A stretch of DNA of 64,000 bases, from NCBI GenBank assembly GCA_963695095.1, contig CAVOFT010000001.1:2272001-2336000 (forward strand). Reading direction: 5' to 3'. Below, piece by piece: positions 18,362-26,897 of this stretch. The position numbers and the translations under genes are program-made. Below the pieces are notes generated by a model. The model worked only from the letters and a program-made list of their open reading frames with translations, did not search any database and had not been told where the DNA came from. Origin of the DNA: an uncultured bacterium (GTDB taxonomy: Bacteria > Krumholzibacteriota > Krumholzibacteriia > JACNKJ01). Within the stretch, counting starts at the first letter, position 1; every line of letters begins with the position of its first letter.

Positions 18362-19021
18362 TCAGCTGACGATCTGGCCGTTCACCCGGCCGGCCGCCCG
18401 CTCGAGCCCTTCGGCGAGCAGCAGGGTCACCGCGTCGGCGGCGGCCTCGACGAGAGCCTCGGCCCGGGGCGCTTCAGCGGCCGTGAAGCTGCCCAGGACA
18501 TGCGCCACGGTGTCGCCCTCCCCGGCCGGGGCAGAGCCGGCCGTCGGCGGGCGGCCGATGCCCAGGCGCAGGCGGGCGAAGCCCTCGTCCCCCCAGGCTT
18601 CGATCAGCGAGGCCAGCCCGTTGTGCCCGCCCGCACCGCCCTGGGCGCGCAGCCGCAGCCGCCCGAAGGGCAGATCGAGGTCATCGGCGACGACCAGCCA
18701 GCGGGGGGCCGCCAGGCCGGTCAGCAGCCCGAGCTGGCGGGCGGCCTCGCCGCTGCGGTTCATGGCGGTGGTGGGCAGGACGAGCAGGACGGCCCCGCCC
18801 GGGCCGGCCCAGCGGGCGGCGTGGAAGTCCCCCCGCCCCGGCTGCAGGGTGAGCCCGGCGCGCCGAGCCAGGCAGGCCACGACCTGCCAGCCCAGGTTGT
18901 GCCGGGTCGCCGCATAGCGGCGACCCGGATTCCCCAGGCCAATCACGATGGTGCTGAGACCCGCATAGTCGAGCGCGGGAGCGGCGAAGCTGCGCCTAAT
19001 CCTCGCTAGCAGCTTCCGCAT
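18362..19021 (-). CDS. pth: Peptidyl-tRNA hydrolase
   Basis: GLGNPG..YAATRHNLG, MNRSG, DDLDL, GGHNGL, RLRLGIGRP; start uncertain (ATG 19021 overlaps the rplY end). Confidence 0.93.
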   Translation of the reverse strand: MRKLLARIRRSFAAPALDYAGLSTIVIGLGNPGRRYAATRHNLGWQVVACLARRAGLTLQPGRGDFHAARWAGPGGAVLLVLPTTAMNRSGEAARQLGLLTGLAAPRWLVVADDLDLPFGRLRLRAQGGAGGHNGLASLIEAWGDEGFARLRLGIGRPPTAGSAPAGEGDTVAHVLGSFTAAEAPRAEALVEAAADAVTLLLAEGLERAAGRVNGQIVS

Positions 19022-19640
19022 CGGCGCCCTCGCCCTCGCCCTCGCCCTCGCCCTCGGCACCCTCCTCGGTACCGGCCTTGACCAGACGCGGCGAGGCGAT
19101 GCTGACGACCGCCCGGGCGGGTTCGGCCAGGAACTCGACCTTGGGCACCTGGAGGTCGGCGACGTGCAGGGTCTCGTTCAGCTTCATCTCGGTGATGTCC
19201 ACGACGATCGAGTCGGGGATATCGGCCGGCAGGCAGCTGATCTCCACGCTGCGCAGCAGGTGCTCGAGGATACCGCCGAAGTCCTTCACCCCGCGCGACT
19301 CGCCGGTGATCACGATCGGGATCTCGACATGGATGGGCTTGTCCATGCTGATGCGCTGCAGGTCGACATGGATGACGCGGCCGGTCACCGGGTGCCGCTG
19401 CCGCTCGCGCACGATGCTGAGAATGGGCTTCGCCTCGTCCACGCTGAGATTGAGGATGAAGTTGCTGCCCTGGCGAGCGCGGTAGAGCAGGTCGAACTCC
19501 GCGGCGGCGATGGTGAGGCTCTTGGCCTCGCCGCCGGCGCCGTAGAGGACGGCCGGCAGCACGCCCTGCGCGCGCAGCTTGCGGGTGACGGACTTGCCGG
19601 TGCCTTCGCGGCTGACGGCTTTCAGTTCCAGAGACTCCAT
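18996..19640 (-). CDS. rplY: 50S ribosomal protein L25/general stress protein Ctc
   Basis: PAVLYG, QRHPV...IHVD, C-terminal Ctc domain with acidic EG tail. Confidence 0.96.
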   Translation of the reverse strand: MESLELKAVSREGTGKSVTRKLRAQGVLPAVLYGAGGEAKSLTIAAAEFDLLYRARQGSNFILNLSVDEAKPILSIVRERQRHPVTGRVIHVDLQRISMDKPIHVEIPIVITGESRGVKDFGGILEHLLRSVEISCLPADIPDSIVVDITEMKLNETLHVADLQVPKVEFLAEPARAVVSIASPRLVKAGTEEGAEGEGEGEGEGADAEAASED

Positions 19641-19706
19641 GATTCCTCCCGGTCCACCGCCCCAGCGCAGGTGGCCGGGATACGAAGACGGAGCTTGGGG
19701 TGCGGT

Positions 19707-20651
19707 TCAGACGAAGAGCGAGCTGACGGATTCAGCGTTATGTATGCGCCGAATCGCCTCGCCAAGCAAGGGGGCCACGTCCAGAATTTCGAACTTCGGC
19801 GGCAGGGCCGCGCCGCCCTGGTTCAGGGTATTGGTGATCGCCACCGTCTCCAGGGGGGAGGCCTCCAGACGGGCGCGGGCCTGGCCCGAGAGCAGGCCGT
19901 GGGTGGCAGCGGCCCGAACGGAGCTGGCGCCCCGGGCCATGCAGAGCTCGGCGGCATTGGCCAGCGTGCCGGCCGTGTCGATGAGGTCGTCGACGATGAC
20001 GACGTCCCGGCCCTCGACCTCGCCGATCAGGTTCATCGTCTCGGAGACGTTCGCCGAGGTGCGGCGCTTGTCCACCACGGCCAGTTCGGCGCTCAGGCGC
20101 TTGGCGAAGGCCCGGGCCATCTTGACGCTGCCGACGTCGGGGGCCACCACCACCGGCCGCTTGGGCTTCAGGCGCTCCACGTAGTCGAGGAGCACGGGCG
20201 CGGCGAAGAGGTGATCGAGCGGAATGTCGAAGAAGCCCTGGATCTGCGGCGTGTGCAGGTCCATGGTCAGGCCGCGATCGGCGCCGGCGCTCGTGATCAG
20301 ATTGGCCACGAGCTTGGCGGTGATCGCCACCCGCGGCTTGTCCTTGCGGTCCTGCCGCGCATAGCCGAGATAGGGAATCACCGCCGTCACGCGCTGGGCG
20401 CTGGCCCGCTTGCAGGCATCGATGAGGATCAACAGCTCCATCAAGTTGTCGGCCGGGGCGGGCGTGGACTGGATGATGAAGGCGTCCACGCCGCGGATGT
20501 TCTCCTGGATGTGGGCGTAGATCTCGCCATCGGCGAAGCGTGCGATCGTGGTTTCCGTCAGGCTCCGCCCCAGGTAGCGCGCGATCCGATCGGCCAGCGG
20601 CCGATTGGCGGTCCCGGTGATCAGGGCGAGCTCTTCACGGGTGGAGAACAT
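19707..20651 (-). CDS. prs: Ribose-phosphate pyrophosphokinase
   Basis: FADGE, YARQDRK, DLH..QIQGFF, VDDLIDTAGT. Confidence 0.97.
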   Translation of the reverse strand: MFSTREELALITGTANRPLADRIARYLGRSLTETTIARFADGEIYAHIQENIRGVDAFIIQSTPAPADNLMELLILIDACKRASAQRVTAVIPYLGYARQDRKDKPRVAITAKLVANLITSAGADRGLTMDLHTPQIQGFFDIPLDHLFAAPVLLDYVERLKPKRPVVVAPDVGSVKMARAFAKRLSAELAVVDKRRTSANVSETMNLIGEVEGRDVVIVDDLIDTAGTLANAAELCMARGASSVRAAATHGLLSGQARARLEASPLETVAITNTLNQGGAALPPKFEILDVAPLLGEAIRRIHNAESVSSLFV

Positions 20652-20738
20652 CGGGTGGCCTTTCGCTGGATCAGGAGGGCAGGTCAGCCTGGGGCGGCGC
20701 GGCTAGCGCGGCGCCGCCGACGGCGGCTGGCGTTCGGG

Positions 20739-20810
20739 TTGGGGCGGGAGGATTCGAACCTCCGAATGCAGGTACCAAAAACCTGTGACTTGCCACTTGT
20801 CGACGCCCCA
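20739..20810 (-). tRNA. tRNA-Gln(TTG)
   Basis: TGGGGCG/CGCCCCA acceptor stem, CAGGT-TT TTG GT-ACCTG anticodon arm, GGTTCGAATCC T-arm; CCA not encoded. Confidence 0.95.
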
Positions 20811-20827
20811 ATGCAATCCGGGCGGGC

Positions 20828-21127
20828 CTAGTGGTCGTCGCCGCTGGTGTAGGTGGTCTCTCCCGACTCCAGGCGGGCGACTTCCTTGGCGTACTCGCTC
20901 AGGATCCGGGCCTCGATCTTCTGTCGGGTCTGGTTGTTGACCGGATGGGCGATGTCCTGATACGTGCCGTCATTGCGCTTGCGGCTGGGCATGGCCACGA
21001 AGGATCCGTTGGCTCCCTCGATGATCTTGAGTCCGCGAACCACGAAGCAGTCGTCGAAGGTGACGCTGGCGAAGGCCTTCAGCTTGTCGTCATTGCGCAG
21101 GGAGATGCGGACTTCGGTGATCTCCAT
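20828..21127 (-). CDS. spoVG: SpoVG-family nucleic acid-binding protein
   Basis: MEITEVRI, LKAFASVTFDDCFVV, FVAMPSRK, YQDIAHP. Confidence 0.95.
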   Translation of the reverse strand: MEITEVRISLRNDDKLKAFASVTFDDCFVVRGLKIIEGANGSFVAMPSRKRNDGTYQDIAHPVNNQTRQKIEARILSEYAKEVARLESGETTYTSGDDH

Positions 21128-21152
21128 TCGTTCCTCCCGGCAGGTCGGTGTC

Positions 21153-22076
21153 TTAGCCAGTCGAATCCGCTGCGCCCGAGTCCTCGAAGCTAATCCCCTG
21201 GGGTCTGGGTCCGGCAACCCAGGTCTGCCAGCGCGTCGCCAGCACTGCCCCGGCCCTGTCCGCCGCCTCCCGATCCGGGAAGCTGCCGAAGACCGTCGCC
21301 CCGCTGCCGCTCATCAGCGCATGCACGGCCCCAACCCCCTCCAGTGCTCTCGCGATCTCGTAAAGCACGGGGTAGGCAGGGAATACGACGTCCTCCAGGC
21401 GGTTTCGGAGCACCATTCCGGGGGCGGGAAAACGCGCCAGATATACCTTAACTTGTTCGAGGCTAATCCGATACGGGTTGCCTGTCAAGCCCAATCGCAA
21501 ATGCTCGTAGGCCCAGGCCGTGGTCACGGAGAAGCCCGGGTTGACGAGGAGGAAGGCGCCCAGGCGCAGGGCCGGCAGGGGCTCGAGGCGTTCGCCCCGC
21601 CCGCGGCCGATCGCCGTGCCGCCTCGCAGGAAGAAGGGCACGTCGCTGCCCAGGGCGAGGGCCAGCGCGGCCAGCTCCCCGTCGGCCAGGCCGAGTTTCC
21701 AGAGGCGATCGAGGCCCAGCAGCGTCGCGGCGGCATCGCTGGAGCCTCCCCCGAGGCCGGCGCCCAGGGGGATGCGCTTGTCCAGCAGCACCCGGGTGCC
21801 GCCCATCGCGCCGGGCCTGGCCTCCGCCAGCAGCGCGTGGGCCCGACGGAGGCTGTTCTCGGGGCCGTCCTCCAGCGGCAAACCCCGAATCGAGAGCTGA
21901 AGCCCGCTGTCGCCACCGCTCTTGCTGAACTCGAGCTGATCGCCCCAGTCGAGACTCTGAAAGATCGTCTCGATCTCGTGATAACCGTCCGGCCGCCGCC
22001 CGTGGACCTCGAGTCCCAGGTTCAGCTTGGCCGGGGCGAAGACGCCGAGGCGCTTCCCGCCGGCGGCCCCGCTCAC
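21153..22076 (-). CDS. ispE: 4-diphosphocytidyl-2-C-methyl-D-erythritol kinase
   Basis: APAKLNL, DGYHEIET, KRIPLGAGLGGGSSDAA, LGSDVPFF, MSGSG; GTG start overlaps the upstream TGA. Confidence 0.95.
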   Translation of the reverse strand: MSGAAGGKRLGVFAPAKLNLGLEVHGRRPDGYHEIETIFQSLDWGDQLEFSKSGGDSGLQLSIRGLPLEDGPENSLRRAHALLAEARPGAMGGTRVLLDKRIPLGAGLGGGSSDAAATLLGLDRLWKLGLADGELAALALALGSDVPFFLRGGTAIGRGRGERLEPLPALRLGAFLLVNPGFSVTTAWAYEHLRLGLTGNPYRISLEQVKVYLARFPAPGMVLRNRLEDVVFPAYPVLYEIARALEGVGAVHALMSGSGATVFGSFPDREAADRAGAVLATRWQTWVAGPRPQGISFEDSGAADSTG

Positions 22077-22993
22077 GAGACCAACCCCACCGTCCACAGG
22101 GTGAACAGGGCCCAGCCCAGGGCGGTCAAGAAGATGGGCCGGTCGCCCAGGAGAATCTCCGAGGGATCGCCGGTGCCTTCGGGCCGTTGCGTGAGGAAGA
22201 GATAGCGCATGACGCCGAAGCTGACGAAGAGGTTCGAGGCGAGCCAGGTGGCCCCGTAGCGGGCCACGGTGCTGGGCCAGAGCGTGTAGAGCGCGTAGGC
22301 GAGGATCACGGCGGCCGCCGAGAGGCCGAGCAGCTGGTCCAGGAGCGCGGCCGTGTAGCTGCCCAGGACCGGCCGGTGGCCGTCCGGGGCTTCCAGGCCG
22401 AGCAGCTCGCTCCTCCGCTTGGCGAAGGCCAGGAAGAGGGCGCCGAAGAAGGTGCAGATGAGGAGCCAGGGGCTCAGCAGCACCGCCCCCTCCTCGGCCC
22501 CGTCGCCGAAGCCGGTGACGAGATGCGGCGCCAGCACGGCCACGCCGGCCACCGCGCGCAGGACGAAGTTGAGGGCGATGCCGAAGGCGTCCAGGATCAC
22601 CTGGTGCTTGAGCCAGAGCGTGTAGAGCAGGTTCATCACCAGGAAGATCAGGGCGACGGCGAGGAAGTTGCGCCCCAGCCAGGCGGCTCCGGCCAGGCCG
22701 AGGCCCACGGTCAGCGCGAGGCCGGGGGCCACCCAGGACAGCGGCAGGCGCCCCGCCGCCAGCGGGCGCAGGCGCTTGCGGGGATGCAGCCGATCCTTGG
22801 CCAGATCCACGCGATCGTTGAAGAGATAGATGGCCCCCGAGAGCAGGCAGAAGACGAGGCAGGCGGCCAGGCTGCGCGCGAGCAGGCCCGCGTTGCCGGC
22901 CTGGCCGGCAAAGACGATGCCGAAGAGGACGAGCAGGTTCTTCGTCCACTGGCGCGGGCGCAGGGAGGCGAGCAAGGCGGCGGCAGCGCTCAA
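22073..22993 (-). CDS. UbiA-family polyprenyl-phosphate phosphoribosyltransferase (DPPR synthase-like)
   Basis: RPRQWTKNLL, YLFND..D...DRLHP.KR.RPLAAG, KRRSEL, RYL, GDP..ILL.D. Confidence 0.9.
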   Translation of the reverse strand: MSAAAALLASLRPRQWTKNLLVLFGIVFAGQAGNAGLLARSLAACLVFCLLSGAIYLFNDRVDLAKDRLHPRKRLRPLAAGRLPLSWVAPGLALTVGLGLAGAAWLGRNFLAVALIFLVMNLLYTLWLKHQVILDAFGIALNFVLRAVAGVAVLAPHLVTGFGDGAEEGAVLLSPWLLICTFFGALFLAFAKRRSELLGLEAPDGHRPVLGSYTAALLDQLLGLSAAAVILAYALYTLWPSTVARYGATWLASNLFVSFGVMRYLFLTQRPEGTGDPSEILLGDRPIFLTALGWALFTLWTVGLVS

Positions 22994-23652
22994 GCGTCGG
23001 CCTCCGCGGCGGCAGCGTCGGCAGCTTGGCGCCGCGCGAGCTCATCCCGGATCTTGGCGACCAGCAGATCGATGGCCACGGCGTTGTGCACGCCCTCGGG
23101 CACGATGAGGTCCGCGTAGCGCTTGGAGGGCTCGACGAAGCGCAGGTGCATGGGGCGCACCGTCTGCTGGTACTGCTCGATGATGGAGGCCACCGTGCGC
23201 TCGCGGTTGCGGATGTCCCGCTGCAGGCGGCGGATGAAGCGCTCGTCCGGATCGGCGTCGATGTAGATGCGGATGTCCATGCGCCGGCGCAGGGCCTCGT
23301 GCTCGAGCACCAGGATACCCTCGAGCAGGATGATGTCCCCGGGCGCCAGCGGCGTGCCCGCGGCCTGGCGCGAGTGCGTCTCGTAGTCGTAGCGCGGCTG
23401 GACGATCTCCTCGCCCGCGCGCAGGCGGTCGAGGTGCTCGATGAGCAGGTCGGTCTGGAAGGCCTCGGGGTGGTCGTAGTTGATGCGCTCGCGCTCGATG
23501 GCGGGCAGGTGGCTGTTGTCGTGGTAATAGGAGTCGTGGTGCAGGAGCAACACCCGCGCCTGCGGGAAGTAGCTCTTCAGCTTGAGGGCGACGCTGGTCT
23601 TGCCTGAGCCCGTTCCCCCTGCAATCCCGATGACGACCGGTGCCCGCTGCAT
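22990..23652 (-). CDS. udk: Uridine kinase
   Basis: IGIAGGTGSGKT, NYDHP, EGIL, RRLQRD, VRPMH..FVEPSK..AD. Confidence 0.96.
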   Translation of the reverse strand: MQRAPVVIGIAGGTGSGKTSVALKLKSYFPQARVLLLHHDSYYHDNSHLPAIERERINYDHPEAFQTDLLIEHLDRLRAGEEIVQPRYDYETHSRQAAGTPLAPGDIILLEGILVLEHEALRRRMDIRIYIDADPDERFIRRLQRDIRNRERTVASIIEQYQQTVRPMHLRFVEPSKRYADLIVPEGVHNAVAIDLLVAKIRDELARRQAADAAAAEADA

Positions 23653-23706
23653 GCTCTCCCCTGTTCGCCTTTGGCCGCGGCGACCTGGACCCGCGCGCCG
23701 GCCGTC

Positions 23707-23735
23707 AAACTAGCACAAGGGCCGCCGGCTGCCAA
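23707..23735 (-). promoter_or_regulatory. Putative sigma70 promoter upstream of udk
   Basis: TTGGCA-N17-TAGTTT with TG extension. Confidence 0.45.
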
Positions 23736-23842
23736 TGCCCGGCTCCAAGGAGTGGGAGCGCAAGCTGAAGAAGATGCGGAGCCGAGGTTCGCGCGGCGAC
23801 GCGCGCCTTAGGCGACAGTGCAGCCGAGGACTGACTGCTGGG

Positions 23843-25225
23843 TCAGTACAGCGACTTCACTTCGCCCCAGCTCTTGTCTTCGGCTGCTACGACCTCACAG
23901 CCCTCGCCGCGAGCGCCGATCTGCAGTCCGCAGTCATTGCCCGCGGGGGCGCAGGGCGATGCGGGCTGGAGCGTGTATGGGTCGGCAGGGTTGAGCCCCA
24001 GGCAGAATAGGGGATCCAGTGAGATGTTGCCGTTCGTCCCCGTGGGGTCGACCATATCGCCTGCGAAGTTGCCGCCGGGGTTGTTCCAGACATCGCAGCA
24101 GGACAGGACTGGGAAGGAGTACTCCAGGGTGTGGACTCCTCCCCCGGGATTGCCGACGATCAACACTTGCTCGAGCACAGGATCGGAGCCCGTGAGGCAG
24201 CTGATTCCGCCACCGCCCCAACCGGTATCGCTGTTGCCGACGAGCGTGCACCGCGTGATTCGCGGCGAAGCGTTCAGCCAGAGGCCAATGGCGCCGCCGC
24301 CATGAGCCGTGTTGCCAATGAAGAGGCACTCCTCAATGACAGGCACGCTGCGGCCGGCGATCGAGTTGCTTTCGTACCAGATCGCACCGCCATAGCGGGA
24401 GCCCATGTTGCCTTCAAAGACGCAGTCGCGGATCTCGACATCGGGCGTCCGCTCCAGGGCAATCGCCCCGCCATCTGAACCTTGATTCCCGGTGAAGGAG
24501 CAACCGCTGATGATCGCTTGCGAGGACAACTCGAGGGCGATCGCGCCACCGTCATCTGCGTCCAGGTTTGAATCAAATGAACATCCCGAGACACTGATCT
24601 CGGAGAAGGCAACGCTGAGCCCCCCTCCGGAGCCGGCACTATTGGACTCAAAGTCGGCGCTCTCGATGGTTGCTGATGCATAGACGATAGAGAGTGCGCC
24701 CCCCGTCCCCAGCGCGTGGTTGTCGACGAAGTCAGTCTCCTCCAGCAAAGCGCTTGCATAGAGCAACTCCCCTCCTCCCCCATGCGAAGCATGGCAGCTC
24801 TCGAAGCGCATTCCTGTGAGGCGGCAAGAAGAGTGCTCGCAGTAGATTCCCCCGCCGTTGAATCCTTCGACTCTCGCATTGCGGACTGTGAACCCGCTAA
24901 TGTGGGAGGCCGTCGTCTCGCCAGAATGTAAGTAGATACCTCGTCCGGCCTGTTGGCAATCGATGATCGTCTCATCGCGGCCCATCTCAGAATCAAGTAC
25001 GAGATCGATCCCGTGGAAGTCGAGATTGCGATTCGTGGTGCCAGTGTAAGTTCCGGGACCAACCAGCACCGTGTCGCCCACTTGGCAGGCATCGATAGCC
25101 GGCTGAATCGACATGAAGTCGCCCGTGCCATCGAGGCGCACGGCGTGCGTCGCGGCTGAGGCGCTGCTGCTCAGCACGAGTAGCAGCGCCCCAGCCTGCA
25201 GGAGATTCGCAGGTGCAATGCGCAT
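23843..25225 (-). CDS. Secreted right-handed parallel beta-helix (Pmp-like repeat) protein with short conserved C-terminal tail
   Basis: Signal peptide (ASA-ATH), DFMSIQPAID..GDTVLVGPGTY, repeated FxxN...GG[AG]I motifs, NISLDPLFC, ends VAAEDKSWGEVKSLY. Confidence 0.85.
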   Translation of the reverse strand: MRIAPANLLQAGALLLVLSSSASAATHAVRLDGTGDFMSIQPAIDACQVGDTVLVGPGTYTGTTNRNLDFHGIDLVLDSEMGRDETIIDCQQAGRGIYLHSGETTASHISGFTVRNARVEGFNGGGIYCEHSSCRLTGMRFESCHASHGGGGELLYASALLEETDFVDNHALGTGGALSIVYASATIESADFESNSAGSGGGLSVAFSEISVSGCSFDSNLDADDGGAIALELSSQAIISGCSFTGNQGSDGGAIALERTPDVEIRDCVFEGNMGSRYGGAIWYESNSIAGRSVPVIEECLFIGNTAHGGGAIGLWLNASPRITRCTLVGNSDTGWGGGGISCLTGSDPVLEQVLIVGNPGGGVHTLEYSFPVLSCCDVWNNPGGNFAGDMVDPTGTNGNISLDPLFCLGLNPADPYTLQPASPCAPAGNDCGLQIGARGEGCEVVAAEDKSWGEVKSLY

Positions 25226-25258
25226 GCTGCCTCCAATCGACGGCTGCTCTGGTGGTGC

Positions 25259-25492
25259 CTACATCTCCTTCAGGTGCAGAATCACCCGCGCCCAGATTCC
25301 TTCGTTCGCGCTCAAGGATACCACACTTCCGACCCCGAGCGCATCCGCCGCGACGCGGCCGATCAGCAGCGTTTCCTGGCTCCTTCCCTCTGCCAAGCCC
25401 TGCCGAAGGATCGGCGTGATGTCGAGTTGGAGAATCGCCTCCGATTCGCCGAAGGCAAAGGCAGCCACGGGGCCCGTCTTGCCTTCGGGGAT
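25259..25492 (-). pseudogene. 3' remnant of an unknown gene abutting the IS256 left end
   Basis: Open frame IPEGKTGPVAAFAF...LQLDITPILRQGLAEG...HLKEM* runs up to the IS boundary with no convincing start. Confidence 0.5.
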
Positions 25493-26810
25493 GAGTCTGT
25501 AAGGTTTTCTGTGTAACTGGCCTTGGGCTACACTCTATCGGAGGAGAGCGACCATGGCCAAACCAGATCCTGTGGACAAGCTGATCGACGAGCTGATCCT
25601 GGGCAAGCAGCCCGAGGAGATCCTCGGCAAGGACGGCGTGCTCAAGCAGCTCACGAAGCGGCTTGTCGAGCGCGCCCTCGAAGGCGAGATGACCCACCAC
25701 CTGGGCTACGCGCCGCATGCCCCCGAGGGCCGGGGCAGCGGCAATTCACGCAACGGCAAGACGAGCAAGACCCTGCTGGCCGAGAGCGGGGAACTGGAGA
25801 TCACCGTGCCCCGCGACCGCAGCGGCGAGTTCGAGCCGGTGCTCGTCCCCAAGCGCCAGCGCCGGCTCGCCGGCTTCGACGACAAGGTGATCGCGCTCTA
25901 CGCACGGGGCCTGACGACGCGCGAGATCCAGGCTCACCTCGAGGAGCTCTACGGCGTCGAGGTCTCGCCGCAACTGATCTCGGCGGTAACCGACGCGGTG
26001 CTGGACGAGGTCGCAGCCTGGCAGAACCGGCCGCTGGATCCGGTCTATCCGATCGTCTACTTGGATGCGATCCATCTCAAGCTGCGCAGCGAGGGCCGCG
26101 TGCAAAACCAGGCGGTCTACCTGGCGCTGGGGATCACGCTCGAGGGGAGGAAGGAGCTGCTCGGCCTGTGGATCGGCGAGAGCGAAGGGGCCAAGTTCTG
26201 GCTGGGCGTGATCACGGAGCTGCGAAACCGTGGGCTGCAGGACATCCTGATCGCCTGCGTGGATGGGCTGAAGGGCTTCCCCGAAGCGATCGAGACGGTC
26301 TACCCGCGGACGCAGGTGCAACTGTGCATCATCCACATGGTGCGCCATTCGCTCAAGTACGTGGGCTGGAAGGAGCGCAAGGCGGTGGCGGCGGATCTGC
26401 GGACGATCTACACGGCGGCCACGGCCGAGGCCGGGGAGCAGGCGCTGACGGCCTTCGAGGCGAAGTGGGGAGCGCGCTACCCGTCGATCGGCAAGAGCTG
26501 GCGGGCCAACTGGGCGAACCTGATCCCGTTCTACAGCTACCCGCCGGCAATCCGGAAGGTGATCTACACGACGAACGCGATCGAGTCGATGCAGGCGAGC
26601 CTGCGCAAGCTGCTGCGGCATCGGGGTGCTTTCCCGAACGCGGAGAGCGTGCGCAAGGTGCTATACTTGGCGCTGCAGCGGATCGCAAAGGGCTGGAAGC
26701 GGCCGGTCCTGGACTGGGTCGCGGCCCTGAATCACTTCAGCGTGGTGTTTGAGGGGAGAATCTAGCGGTGATCGGAGATGGGTCAGTTACACAGAATTCT
26801 GGACACACTC
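25493..26810 (+). mobile_element. IS256-family insertion sequence (~1.32 kb)
   Basis: Imperfect 30-bp terminal IRs GAGTCTGTAAGGTTTTCTGTGTAACTGGCC vs (rc) GAGTGTGTCCAGAATTCTGTGTAACTGACC, 23/30 identical, around one transposase gene. Confidence 0.92.
25554..26765 (+). CDS. IS256-family (Mutator-type DDE) transposase
   Basis: RNG..K, VPRDR.G.FEP, WQNRPLD, YLDAI, DGLKGFPEAI, QLCIIH, IYTTNAIES; GAGGAG SD. Confidence 0.96.
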   Translation: MAKPDPVDKLIDELILGKQPEEILGKDGVLKQLTKRLVERALEGEMTHHLGYAPHAPEGRGSGNSRNGKTSKTLLAESGELEITVPRDRSGEFEPVLVPKRQRRLAGFDDKVIALYARGLTTREIQAHLEELYGVEVSPQLISAVTDAVLDEVAAWQNRPLDPVYPIVYLDAIHLKLRSEGRVQNQAVYLALGITLEGRKELLGLWIGESEGAKFWLGVITELRNRGLQDILIACVDGLKGFPEAIETVYPRTQVQLCIIHMVRHSLKYVGWKERKAVAADLRTIYTAATAEAGEQALTAFEAKWGARYPSIGKSWRANWANLIPFYSYPPAIRKVIYTTNAIESMQASLRKLLRHRGAFPNAESVRKVLYLALQRIAKGWKRPVLDWVAALNHFSVVFEGRI

Positions 26811-26897
26811 GATCAGGGGTTGTTCCCCATCCGGCAATTGCGTCAGTATGAAGGACGGCGTGCGTTCACCCAAGAGACGTTCGACTGAGGTGGTCGC

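Noticed and set aside
19026..19055. (GCCCTC)5 tandem repeat
   Set aside because: Simply encodes the EGEGEG acidic tail of L25.
18362..22076. spoVG and the ispE-spoVG-tRNA-Gln-prs-rplY-pth order as a novelty
   Set aside because: SpoVG and this gene order are known in non-sporulating bacteria; likewise tadA-SRP RNA-dnaX-ybaB-recR is a conserved cluster.
23735..24010. 91-aa plus-strand ORF MPGSKEWERKLKK...
   Set aside because: Overlaps the antisense end of the beta-helix gene and abuts the udk promoter; no SD or motif.
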